Assembly (NCBI RefSeq): GCF_963921235.1
Contig: NC_086097.1
Span: 30,630,001 to 30,694,000 of the forward strand
Length of the DNA: 64,000 nt
Source: Mobula hypostoma
Lineage: Eukaryota
Reading direction: 5' to 3'
A model generated the notes under the pieces. That model had not been told where the DNA came from and did no database searches. It saw only the letters and a list, made by a program, of their open reading frames with translations. The position numbers and the translations under genes are program-made. This document shows, piece by piece, positions 51,090 to 62,924 of the stretch (its first letter is position 1; every line of letters starts with the position of its first letter).

Positions 51090-53655
51090 TAGTGAGTAAG
51101 AGAGTGACATCTTGCAGGGCAGGAGGCATTTGGAAACTGCAAGTCTCAGAGTGAGTCAGTATTTGAGTCAATAAAAAGAAAGGCGGTGTAAATGAAGTGG
51201 CCATTGTATCAGTGGGGCAGTATGAGAGTGATCTGGCTTTGGCTCAACTAGCTTGGACAAGAACAGACACAGGCTGTTCCTGTAAGTTTCCAGTAAGTTT
51301 TTTCCCCTGTTAGTACATAACTAATGCACTGAGAATGGTCCAGAGTTAGTGATATGTTCCTTACAAGAGATCCAGGAGTTTTGGGAGACCTCCGGTCTCC
51401 CTAATAGCTCCATCTGCATTAAATGCAGTGAGCTGCAGCTCCTTATAGACCGTGTTAAGGAACCAGAGCTCCAGCTCGATGACTTTGACCCTTATAGGAG
51501 AATAAGGAGGTGACAGGTAGGAGCTACAGGGAGGTAGTCACCCCCAAGTTGCAAAAGGCAGGTACCTGCGTGACTGTCAGGAGAGGGAAAGGGAATAGGT
51601 AACCAGTGCACTGTACCCCTGTGGGTATTCCCCTCAACAATAAGTATACCACTGGGACTCCCATACTGTAAAAGGACTAGATGGGGTAGAGTTCACCAAA
51701 TGTGTTAAGTAAACTTTCCTTAATCAGTACATAGAAGTCCCAACAAGAGTGTCCATACCTGATTTCCTATTACGGAATGAGGCAGGGCAGGTGACAGTAG
51801 TTTATGTGGGGGAACACTTTGCATCTAGTGATCATAATGCCATTAGTTTCAAGGTAATTAGGGAAAAGAATAGGTTTGGTCCTCTATCTGAGATTCTAAA
51901 TTGGAGAAAGGCCAATTTTGATGTTATCAGAAAGGATCTGGCAAATGTGCGATCGAACAGGTTGTTTTCTGGCAAAGATGTACTTGATAAGTGGGAGGCC
52001 TTCAAAAGTAAAATTTTGAGAGTACGAAGTTTGTATGTTCCTGTCAGAATAAAAGACAAGGATAACAGATTTAAGGAACCTTGGTTTGAGAGAATTAAGG
52101 CCCTGGTTAAGAAAAAGGAGGTGCATAGCAGTTATAAACAGGCAGGAACAAATTAGGTTCTAAAGTCTCAGATATGCAAGAGGACACTGAAGCAAATCAG
52201 GAGGGCTAGAAGAAAATATGAGGTTGCTCTAACAAACTAGGTGAAGGAGAAGCCTAGAGGCTTCTACAGACATACTAAGAGCAAAAGGAGAGCAAGAGGC
52301 AAAACTGGTCCTCTGGAAGATCAGAATGGTAATCTACGCATGAAGCGAAAGCAATGGGGGAAGATCTCAAATGGATTTTTTGCATCTGTATTTACTTGGG
52401 AGATGGACTCAAGAGTCCATAAATGTGAGGCAATGCAGCAGCAAGATCACGAACCCTATACAGATTACAGAGGAGGTGGTGTTTGCTGTTGAGGCAAATC
52501 AGGGTAGATAAATCCCCAGGACCTGACAAGACATTCCCTCAAACACTGTGGGAGGCTACTGTAGAAATTGAGGAACCCTAGCAGAGATATTTAAAACATC
52601 CTTTACCATGGCTGAGGTGCTAGAGAATTGAAGGACAGCTAACGTTCCATTGTTTGAGAAAGACTAAACGTAAGTCATAAAATTTTTGGCCAGTAGTGGG
52701 AAATTTATTGGAAGGTATTCTAAAGGACAGATATACAAGTATTTGGATAATCAGGGTCTCATTAAGAATAGTTAATATGGTTTTATGCGTGGCAAGTCAT
52801 CTCTAGCCAATCTCAGAGTTCTGAGGAAGTTACTAGGAAAGTTGAAGGCAAGGCAGTGAATGTTGCCTACATGGACTTCAGCAAGGCCTTTGACAAGATC
52901 CCATATGGGCAGTTGGTCAAGAAGGTTCAGTCCCTTGGCCTTCAAGATGAGGTACAGTAGTAAACAGGATTATACAATGGCATCACAGAAGCCGCCAAAG
53001 ACTGGTAGCAAATGGTTGCCTCTCCGACTGGAGGTTTGTGGCTAGCGGTGTGCTGCAGGCATCAATGCTGGGTCCATTGGTGTTTGTCATCTACAAAGTA
53101 GATCTACAAATCTGGATGATAATGTAGAAAACTAGATTAGCAAATCTGCAAATGACACCAAGATTAGGGCTGTAGTGGATAGCGAGGAAGACCAACAAGG
53201 CTTGCAGTTGGATCAGGGTCAGCTATAAAAATGAGCTGGAAAAAAGAAAGATGAAGTTTAATGCAGTCAAGTATGAAGTGTTACACTTTGCCAGGACCAA
53301 CCACGGTAGACATTACACACTGAGGAGTGCAGTAAAACAGAGGGATCTAGAAATAGATTCAGAATTCCTTGAAAATGGCACAAGAGGTAGATAGGGTTGA
53401 AAAGAAATCTTTTGGCACTTTGGCCTTCATAAATCAATGTACTGAGTATAGGAGTTGAGATGTTATGTTGAAATTGTACAAGACGCTGGTGGGGCCTAAT
53501 TTGGAGTATTGTGTGCAGTTTTGGTCACCGACCTACAGTAAACATACAAATAAGATTGAAAGAGTACAGAGAAAATTTACAAGGACGTTGCCGGGATTGG
53601 AGGACTTGAGTTATAGTGCAAGGTTGAATAGGTTGGGGCTTTATTCTCTGGAATT
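51090..53655 (+). mobile_element. Degenerate CR1 LINE with 5' UTR, ORF1 N-terminus and internally deleted ORF2
   Basis: ORF1-like ICIKCSELQLLIDRVKE..VTVRRGKG..PVGIPLNNKYT (~51410-51650) abuts ORF2-like WDSHTVKGLDGVEF..FLNQYIEVPTR, then EHFASSDHNAISF, RT remnants and LEYCVQFWSP. Many stops. Confidence 0.82.
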
Positions 53656-53709
53656 AAAAATGGCCTTAATTGTAGGAATCTAGTGATAGTAATGAGGGTA
53701 GCCTCTTGA

Positions 53710-54350
53710 GTCATAACAGCACTACAGGACAGAAACAGGCCCTTTGGCCCATCTAGTCGGTGCCATACTGTTATTTATCCAAATACCATCGACCTGCACA
53801 TGAACCATAGCCCTCCTATCCAAGTATTTAGCCAAACTTCTCTAAACGCTGCAATCCAAACTACATCCATAACTTCCGCTGACACTCATTCCACATTCAC
53901 ACCACCTTAAGTGAAGTTCCCCCTCAGATTCCTCTTAAATATTTCACCTTTCATGCTTAACCTACTACATCTAGTTCTAGTCTCAGCCAACCTCAGTGGA
54001 AAAAGCTTGCTTTTACTCTATCTATACCCTTCCGTTTGATACAACCTATCAAAATCTCCCATTCTCTTGCACTCCAGGTTATTAAGTCCTAACCTATTCA
54101 GCCTTTCTCTATAACTCAGGTCCTCAAGTCCTGGCAACATCCTTGTAACTTTTCTTTACACTGTCTTCATACTGACATCTTTCCTGTAGATAGGTGATCA
54201 GAACTGCTTGCAATACTCGAAATTTGGCCTAACCAACATCTTGTACAACTTCAATATAACATCCCAGCTCCTGCACTCAGTGCCTTGATTTCTAAAGGTC
54301 AATGTGCTAAAGCTCTCTTTACAGCCCTCTCTACCTGTGACGCCACTGAT
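53710..54350 (-). mobile_element. CR1 3' fragment
   Basis: ORF 54198-54440 ends LKLYKMLVRPNFEYCKQF; CR1 3' UTR. Confidence 0.8.
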
Positions 54351-54749
54351 TAAGGAAAAACAATGAAGCAGGATGATGAAGCTGGAAAAGGTATTGTTGC
54401 CAAGTTTATTATTACATGCAAAAACAACTAACATGAGCATTCTTTTCCAGAAAATATCTGACAGTCAAGAGCATTTCCAGAATGCAATCTGACTGAGAGA
54501 TCAGCGACATAAAAACCACAAAGCCTGAGCACTTTCAAACTGTTATTTGAACCTCTAGGGAAGCCTTGAAAAACCACTCCAGGGCATCTTTTTTCCTTTC
54601 TTTTTGCATGCTTCTGTTTTGCTAATGGCTGCTTTCACTATCAGCCCTGTGGCTAATGTTGATGCCGTGATACCACCCAACACTTAAAAACTCTCATTAA
54701 TGAAGAAACACCAGTGAAAGCTCAGAAAGGACTGTTGTGCATTCGCCAT

Positions 54750-56000
54750 AGTCAAAGCATACAACAAAGAACAGTACATGCCCTTCAATCCAACATGTTT
54801 TGCCGACCCTTCAAGATCAATCCAACACTCCCTCCCACATAACCTTCCACTTTTCTTTCATCCATGTGCCTATCTAAGACTCTCTTAGAAGTCCCTAATG
54901 TATCTGCCCTACCACCACCCATAACAGGGCGTTCCACAAACCCACCACTGTGTAAAAAAATATTTACGGTACTTCTGACACCACTCCTACGCTTTCTTCC
55001 GAACACCCTAAAATTATGCCCTCTCATATCAGCCATTTCCACGCCAGGAGAAAGTTTCTGGCCTACATTCCTCTTATAATTTTGTACACCTGTCAAGATG
55101 GCACCAGCGAACAATGATTCCTCGGACAACAAATACCAGATAGCAAATCTCTCCAATTATTTCACTTCTTCTATGCCTTCTGCTTGTTCTTTGTCTTGTT
55201 TGTTACAGAAACTGGTGGAGCCTATGACGTAGTTTGGAACTTGATCCGGCCCTCTGCTGAATCTGGAGAGCTGCCTCATGGAGAATAGAGACAGGGGGCC
55301 GAAAAGGACCAAGAACACCAGCTGACTCATGGAAAAGACCAGGGATGAGCCACGGGGTCATAAATGACTACCTCAAAGTAGCGAGGACCACTGAAGCATC
55401 AAGGTGAATGCAGAGGGGGTCAGCGACGGTTCCCAACAGAGGCCACTGGGATGACGATGGTCAGCAGCAAGATTGGCTCGTTTGGACCCGGGTCAGCAGC
55501 CACTCTTTTCACTCCTTTTACGCAGGCAAAAAGATGTTTCTGATATTTGAGATTTAGGTGATTATTGGACTGTACTTTAAATAGGTTTCCAACATTTTTT
55601 CCTGTGTTTTCATTTGTGGTCAATCATGCGCACGTGTGCATGTTGAGGGTTTTGATGCTACTGTTGCTGTCTTTTCTGTGAGTGAGGAGGTCAGGAATTT
55701 TTATTATCACTTTTTTTGTGGGGGGGGAGATCAGGAATTGTTATTCTCGCCGTTTTTTTCTGCGGGACAGGAGGTGGGGGTTTGGGGGTCTGCGAGTTTC
55801 ATTTCTTTTCTTTTTCATGCTGGTGGGGGAGGGGGAGAGTTGATGTCAAATCCCATCGTCTTTCTATATTTCATGGCTATCTGGAAAAGACAAATATCAG
55901 ACCTGTATTGTACATATTTTTGACAATAAAATGAACTTCTGAACCTCTATCAAGTCACCTCTCATCCCCCTTCACCCCAAAGTGAAAAGCCCCATCTCCC
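54750..56000 (-). mobile_element. CR1 3' fragment split by the 55094-55943 insertion
   Basis: TTGTACACC|...|CCTCTATCAAGTCACCTCTC continuity across the insert. Confidence 0.72.
55094..55943 (+). mobile_element. Non-coding retro-element with CAAGATGGC head inserted in CR1
   Basis: Starts CAAGATGGCACCAGCG, ends TGACAATAAAATGAACTTCTGAAC. Imperfect duplication ACCT..TCAAG at the junctions. Confidence 0.68.
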
Positions 56001-56209
56001 TTTAATGATTTCATTAGAATGTGTGACGAGCAGAAAACTTAATCCAGTCTATTACTGTGTTGGAATGGCAGAGTTATGCAGGTTTGTGCTATTTCAAATG
56101 GCAACTTTCATGTCAATTGCCCACTTAGTGTAACTTCTCTTTCCCCACAACGCTGTAGTTTTTTTAAAATTTCAAGTATATACCTAATAACCTAATCTAA
56201 ATACAGCCC

Positions 56210-56580
56210 TCTCAAACTCCGGTTAGACCACAATTAGAATATTGTGTCCCAGTCTGGTCACATTATAGGATGGATGTGGAAACTTTTATAGAGTACAAAG
56301 GACATTTATCAGGATGCTGACTGGATTAGAGAACGTGTCTCACATGTGGATAGGTTGAATGAGTAAAGGAGAACGAGAGGTGCCTTGCCAGAGGTATAGA
56401 GGATAAGTAGCATAGATAGCCAGTGACAAATGTTTCAGGGCAGAAATGGCTACAAGGAGGATAGAAACCTGGATGAAAGAAAATGAACCATCTGCAAGGG
56501 AAGGGTTAAATTGATCACAGTAGGTTAAAAGGTTGGTACAACATCATGGGCTGAAGGGCCTGTATTGTGTTGTTCTATGC
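56210..56580 (+). mobile_element. CR1 3' fragment
   Basis: TTAGAATATTGTGTCCCAGTCTGGTC..GGGCTGAAGGGCCTGT tail. Confidence 0.7.
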
Positions 56581-57498
56581 TCCAATTCCCCATTGAAAGT
56601 TCCTATCAAATCCCTTCACACCACTCTTGCAGATAGTGCATTCCAGATTATAACTCACCATGTTAAAAAAAATCTGATCATCTCCTGTTTTCCCTCCCTT
56701 CAGAGCACTATTTTGAGGCTCTGCCAGCTCTCGTGTTAAGTGAGCTGTTTGCCTCTTCCTTTCAATATACACAGAGCAATGGTGTCACTACTTGCCTGCT
56801 GACGAGTTAGACGCTATTGCCAACAACTATTCTCTTCCTTGCTCATTAAAGTCCCCCAGCCCCCACACATCTCTTTAGCACAGGCGTGTAAGGCTTTACA
56901 TGAATACACAGGAACCCAAAAAGGTGTTCAGTTACCAGTAACAGAACAACGAACTCTCAAATAACACGCCTGGTTAAGTATTCTTATCATTCCGTCTTAG
57001 CTTTCATTCTAACAGCAGCAGGAATATACACAAATCAAGGATGGCCATGCAGATTATTCCGCCCTGACCTTCACAATTTGGACAGGTTTCATCCAGGTTA
57101 CACCATAGTCAAAACTCAAAACCACCTCTAAAAAAATCTTCAACCTCCAGGAAAGATATCAATAAACCTGAAACCATCAGAGGACTAAGTTATAGAGTAA
57201 AATGGGAGGCCATCTATTCCCTGGAGCATAGGAGATTGAGGGGAGATTTGACGATAAAACTATTAGTGGCACAGATAGGGCATATGCATGCAGGCTTTTT
57301 TCCCCTGAGGTTGGGTGAGACTAAAACTAGAGATCATAGGTTAAGGGTAAATGAAGAAAATTTTAAGGGAGAAACTTAGGAAGAATTTCTTCTCTCAGAG
57401 GGTGGAACAAGCTGCCAGCAGAGATGATATGAATTCGACTGTAACAATGAAGTTTGGAAAAGTTTGTGGATGAGAGGGATATAGAGGGCTACAGTCCA

Positions 57499-58100
57499 GG
57501 TGAGGAAGTACTTCACAAGCGAGTCTGCTGGGGTCATCTACTGTATCCAGTGTTCCCAGTGTGGCCATCCACTTCAATTCTACTTCCTATTCCACATGTC
57601 AGTCCACGGCCTCCTCTCTCCTGCTGCGACAAGGCCACACTCAGGTTGGAGGAGCAACACCTTATATTCCATCTGGGTAGCCTCTAACCTGATAGCATGG
57701 ACATCGATTTCTCCTACTTCCAGTAATTGCACCCCCCCTTCACCATTCCCATTTCCCTCTCTCACCTCATTTTCTTACCTGCCCATTACCTCCCCTGGTA
57801 CTCCTCCCCCTTTGTCCTCCCATGGTCTTCTACCCTTTCCTATCAGATGCCCCTTCTCCAGCCCTTTATCTTTCACCTATCAGCTTCCCAGTTCTTTACT
57901 CCCCCCTCCCAGTTTTACCTACCACCTTGTACTTCTTCCTCCCCTTCCCCCCTCCTAACTTTCTTGCTCTAACTTTTCATCTTTTTTCCAGTCCTGATGA
58001 AGGATCTTGGTCGGAAACATCAACTGTTTACTCTTTTCCATAAATGCTGCCCAGCCTCCAGCATTTTGTGTTGCTTAGATTTCCAAACTGCAGGTTTTGT
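57499..58100 (+). mobile_element. Degenerate Penelope-like 3' fragment (GIY-YIG end + 3' UTR, decayed hammerhead 57989-58026)
   Basis: FTSESAGVIYCIQCSQC and ATLRLEEQHLIFHLGSL match the endonuclease end; CAGTCCTGATGAAGG...GAAACATCAACTG. Confidence 0.85.
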
Positions 58101-61100
58101 CATCTTAGTAGAGACTAGATGGGCTGAAGGGCCTGTTTCTATGCTGTAGTAGTTTACGCCTCTTATGTCACTTTCATGCTGTACTTTGAGGAGGAGAAAA
58201 AGCCTTGGATTTATATGGAGTCCTTCACATCCCCATCTGAATGCCCGAAGTATTTTCCAACCTTGGAAGCAATGTTGGAACATAGAATATAGAATGGCAA
58301 TGGGATGATGACTAGACAGCCCATTCTCTTTTACAATGACAAGAGAGAACACTGGAACTATATAGCACATCAAGCAGCATCAAGAGATGAAGTTACACAC
58401 ACAAAATGCTGGAGGGACTCAGCATGCCAGGAAGCATCTATGGAAAAGAGTATAGTCGACGTTTTGGGCCAAGACAAAGTTAATATTTCAGGTTGATAAT
58501 TTTTTTTTAAGTTTCTAAAAATTAGTTTTATTTGTCATATGTATATCAAAACATGGTGAAGTGCATGCCAAAGACCAATAAAAGTAAATGACCAACAGTC
58601 CTGAGGATGTGCTGAGCCCTGACATTTACACATACACTTTACCTAACTGGTTTATGAGAGTAGTATAGCTTTCAGACAAAGCACATCCTGGCCTGGAAAC
58701 TATGGCATTGCAGTTAGCACATCACTTTCCAGCAGCCAGCTGTACAACTGGGGTTTGATTCCCACCTGTAAGGAGTTTGTACATTTTCCTCATGACCACA
58801 TGGGTTTCCTCCAGGTGCTCCAATCTATTCCCACATTAGAGTACAGGATAGAGCTTGAGTTGCAGGCATGCTATGTTGGCATCAGTAGCATAGCAAACTT
58901 GCGAACTGCTGAGCACAATCTTAGCTCGTTTTATTTGACACAAAACAATGCATTTCACTGTATGTTTTGGTGTGAGTAACAAATAAAGCAAATCTTTGAA
59001 AAAGAACCTTGTATGCCAAGCCAACATTAGGATAGTGAACAATTCACTAACCAGAGCACTAACACTTCCCTAGGTTTAAGATCCTTAAAGTAGTATAGAA
59101 ACAACTGAACTGGGAGAATATTTGCTGCATGGAGCAGGTTAGAACCCATATCCACTTGAATATCTTACCACAGGGAGAGAGCCTCAGCAAAACTCTTCCT
59201 CCTGAATGTCAGAATGCCTTTCATATGGCAAGTCAATACTTGGCATTTAACATCACTAGCATCAAACAACTCTCAAATTCCCCCGCATGCCAGGAAAGCT
59301 ACTGCTTTCCCAAAATCATCATGTCCCTCTTCTCCAAGAACCACACCCCAATTTGCTCTTTGGAAATTCCAGAGGAACGCCCCTCAATTCACTTAAAATC
59401 CTCACTTTCTTCCTCCGAGCTCCACCCGAAAAGGCCCATCATACAGGACCACCACCACTTAAAAATCTCACAATCAGTTCCACCACATTGTTACTTGGCT
59501 CCCCAGGTCTAAAGATGACACACTTCTCTCAAGTGACCCTTTTAAGCTCACCACTGATTTCACAAACACACCACTGCTCAGAGTGAAAACTTACCAGACC
59601 ACAAGACATAGCAGAATTAAGTCATTTGGCCCACCAACTCTGCCCTGCCCTTCCATCAAAACTGATTTTTATTTTGCGATACAGTGCGAAGTAGGCCCTT
59701 CAAGCCTCGCCGTGCAGCCCCCAACAAACCCGATGACTCTATAATCACAGGACAATTTACAATGACCAAATTAACCCACCCAGTACATCTTTGGACTGTG
59801 GGGGGGGAGAGGAGAGAGAGAAACCAAAGCACTCGGGAAAAACCCACAGGAAGGACATACAGACTCCTTACAGAACGGCGTCAGAATTGAACTCCGGAAC
59901 ACCCAACCTGTAACAGGGTTATGCTAACCACTATGCACTATGGCACCCTCATTATCCCTCTCAACCCCAACTGCTTCTCTCCATAACCTTTGACGTCCTT
60001 ACCAATCAAGAACCTGTCTCTGCTTTAAATATACTCAATGACAGTTTTCTTGTCAGTCATTTGAATCCCTGCCTCACAATTACTGACATTTATGTCAGTG
60101 GAAGGTTCTTCAAGGTTCAAGTTCAAAGTCAATTTATCAAATTACATACATGTCACCATATACTACCCTGAGATTCATTTTCTTGCAGGTATTCACAGTA
60201 GAACAATAAATAGAATAGAATGAAAACTACACAAAGACTGACAAACAACCCACGTGCGAAAACAAACTACAAAATACAAAACAAATAATATTGAGAATAT
60301 GAATTGTAGAGTCATTGAAAGTGAATCTACAGGTTGTGAAATCAGCTCAGAGTTGAGGTGAGAAGTTATCCAAACCAGTTCAAGAGCCTGATGAGAGAAA
60401 GGTAATAACTGTTCCTGAAACCTGTGGTGCAAGACCCAAGACTCCTGCTCCTCCTTCCCAATTATTCTAACAAATGGCTTCATGGTTCAGAATACTTCAC
60501 TGCCTCCATTCTAAAGAGGAGGAAAGTCCAATTTTTGAAATGTAAAAATACACTCATTTCTCGGATCATTCAAGTAAATCTCTGCACCCTCCCCCAAATC
60601 ACAATATCCTTTGTCTAGTGAGATATCCCAATGCTTTCTCAAGGTTCAGTCCAAACTTCCATATATTTTATTTGAGCCACACCTGTCTGCTTATATGCTC
60701 TAAAATTAAACACAAGTCTTCTCAATGTCTTGCCATCTGCAAAGATTTGTACACATAATCCAGGTTTCTTAAAATGGCATCATTTATCAGATACGACCTC
60801 ATCCTTCACAGCAGCATCACTCGCCTCCCCACACTCCACTCGACACATTTCATTAACCCTACACTCAACTCTTTCCCCTCAAATCCCCCCACCCATTGTT
60901 CAGAACGTCAGCGTCAAGATAAGCGCAAATAAATAAAGGAGAGGGGCAAAAAGGTGGTTGCATGAATCTCGGAGTTGGCCAAAGAAACAGTAGTGAACGA
61001 GAAGAACCCTCACCAGTTTACTCACTTCCTCAGATGATCTCCCTTTCCCGCCCCACACTCACACCTGCCTTGATCCACCCCACTGCCTCCCGTCTCTCCT

Positions 61101-62438
61101 GACGCTCCGACCCTTGCCCCTCTCCCTCCTGGCCCCTCCACCCTATCCGCCCACCCCTCGTCCTCCACCCTCCCACGCCCTCCAACACAAGCCTCCCACT
61201 CCCCTCCACCTTACTCACCGTTTCCATTCACTCTCCTGTCCACCCTTCCTCCCCACTGGGTCACTCCCTCTTGTGCCCCATCGCCTCCCTCTGCCCCCTC
61301 CGCACGCCTCTTCTCCCATTACCTTTGCCGCTCCCCACATTTCCCTCTCGAAACCCTCCATGCATCCTACCTCCCCCGGCCCCGGGCGGCCGCGCGGGAA
61401 CCTAACGGAACGAGCGCGAGGGGCGCTCGCGCTCCGGGACCGCACCTGAACCCCCGACCCCGACCCGGTCCGGAGGGGGGGGCGCACCGCCACAGCCATG
61501 CATCACTAACACAGCGGGTGCAAATGCATCCCCTCAGCCGTCTGTGCAGTGCGACGTATCGCCACAGCCGTGCATCCCCCCCACCAGTGCAACGGGGTGC
61601 ACCACTACAGCCGTACCTCTTCTTCCCCCCAACACCCAACACCAGTGCAGCGGGTGCAAATGCATTCCCTGGGCACCAAGGCAGCTGCCGTGCAATTGCA
61701 TTCTGAAGTCCAGCGCGGGTGTAGGTCACAAATAGAAAGTGACGCCACTACATATCACTTCTAAAAGTGCATTAGGATCTGGACTACTAGGTTACAAACA
61801 CCACTCGTGTGGATCAACTGGCAGCATTTATTTATAAGGCTGTTGCCAGCAACTACTCCCGGCTACAAATGATTTGTTTGCAACCAGCCTCAAATGCACA
61901 GTCATAACCCAACTCCTCGGGATGCTTTACAAATTAATCTTCCCGAAAGAAACACGGACGGGTTTGTACATCGCACCTGATTTAAGAAAAGCCAGGCAAT
62001 TTGGGCGCCTTTGCACCAAAGTCTTTTTATATCTTATATTGCAGCTGAATCCTGTGCAACTTTTACATTTTTCCACTTTTTAAGGAAAATAATCAAAGTA
62101 CGCAACCTTGCAAAACACAGCCGTTATTAATTTCAGATCATTCACAAGACAGGGAGGGGGAGGATCACGGTGCGTTTAAAATAGATTGCTACTACGTTAA
62201 AATGAAAACGGAGCCGTGAAATTTCGGGAGCAAAAATTCAAGTCATTGCGAGCTTACTGGAAAGCAAAATGACAACCGGGCTGCAATTATTCGGAAGGAG
62301 TACCATGGGGTGGCAACTGCTGGAAAGGGGCGCATGTAAGGGACAGCATTAAGGTTAGGAGGGACCTGATCTTCGAAATTCTTTGCACCAGGCTGCAGTT
62401 TGCAAATGCGCACACAATGAAATTAAAACGCCACTTAC

Positions 62439-62738
62439 CGGCCACGCAAAGTGAAAGGGGATAACTATCTTTCCAAGTGCGCTTTTATCTGGGAGAGAAA
62501 AAGTATTTTTCCCCAGTACAGGGCTGAATCCGCTCCCAAAAGTGCAGCCTCCAGAGGCGGCGACGCGTGCCTGGTATTCCTTCAAACAAATTTTGAAATA
62601 AGTGTCACATTCGTCCTTGATGCATTTTCGATCCAAAGAACCTCTGGAGCCATCGCAGCAATCCCCGTTCTCCAATTCGCCGTTAACGTTCTGCACCGAG
62701 TTAACCCGGACCTCGAAATAGCCCTTTGCAAACGAGAC
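62439..62738 (-). CDS. JAG2: Jagged (JAG2-like) exon 2, N-terminal MNNL/C2 domain, 100 codons
   Basis: Translates to [100 protein letters not shown], with the Jagged/Serrate signatures [15 protein letters not shown] and PFxFAWP. Acceptor TTATTTTTGTTCCACAG|, donor CCG|GTAAGT. Jagged family is near certain; JAG2 versus another paralog is less so. Confidence 0.93.
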
Positions 62739-62867
62739 CTGTGGAACAAAAATAAGATTATTTCAAAAAAAGCCGCTGCACTCACCGGCGGTAATTGTGC
62801 ACGGAAAGGAGGAAAAATATATTAAATCAGTGCAATGCAACCTAGTGTGGATTATTTCATTGCGTAC

Positions 62868-62924
62868 CTGAACCAAGAAAGTTGACAGCACGATAAGATG
62901 ATAGATCCCTTTAAAATCCAGCAT
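62868..62924 (-). CDS. JAG2: Jagged (JAG2-like) first coding exon, signal peptide MLDFKGIYHLIVLSTFLVQ
   Basis: ATG at 62924-62922 in context GAAGGC-ATG. 19 codons with a hydrophobic core, then donor CAG|GTACGC (phase 0) and a 129-bp intron (62739-62867) that joins in frame to the next exon. The exon ends ...VQ as human JAG2 exon 1 does. Paralog assignment is tentative. Confidence 0.8.

Larger units (their letters stand above)
1..62438 (-). other. Probable Jagged intron 2 (>62 kb, continues past the left edge)
   Basis: Starts at the GTAAGT donor (62438). I did not find exon 3 (xxEAWD-type) or the DSL exon by eye or in the ORF track. A short exon could have been missed. Confidence 0.6.

Noticed and set aside
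62355..62696. ORF-track protein starting MQNVNGE and ending ..RRSGPS
   Set aside because: The start is a GTG inside exon 2, and everything after FAWP is intron read-through past the GTAAGT donor.
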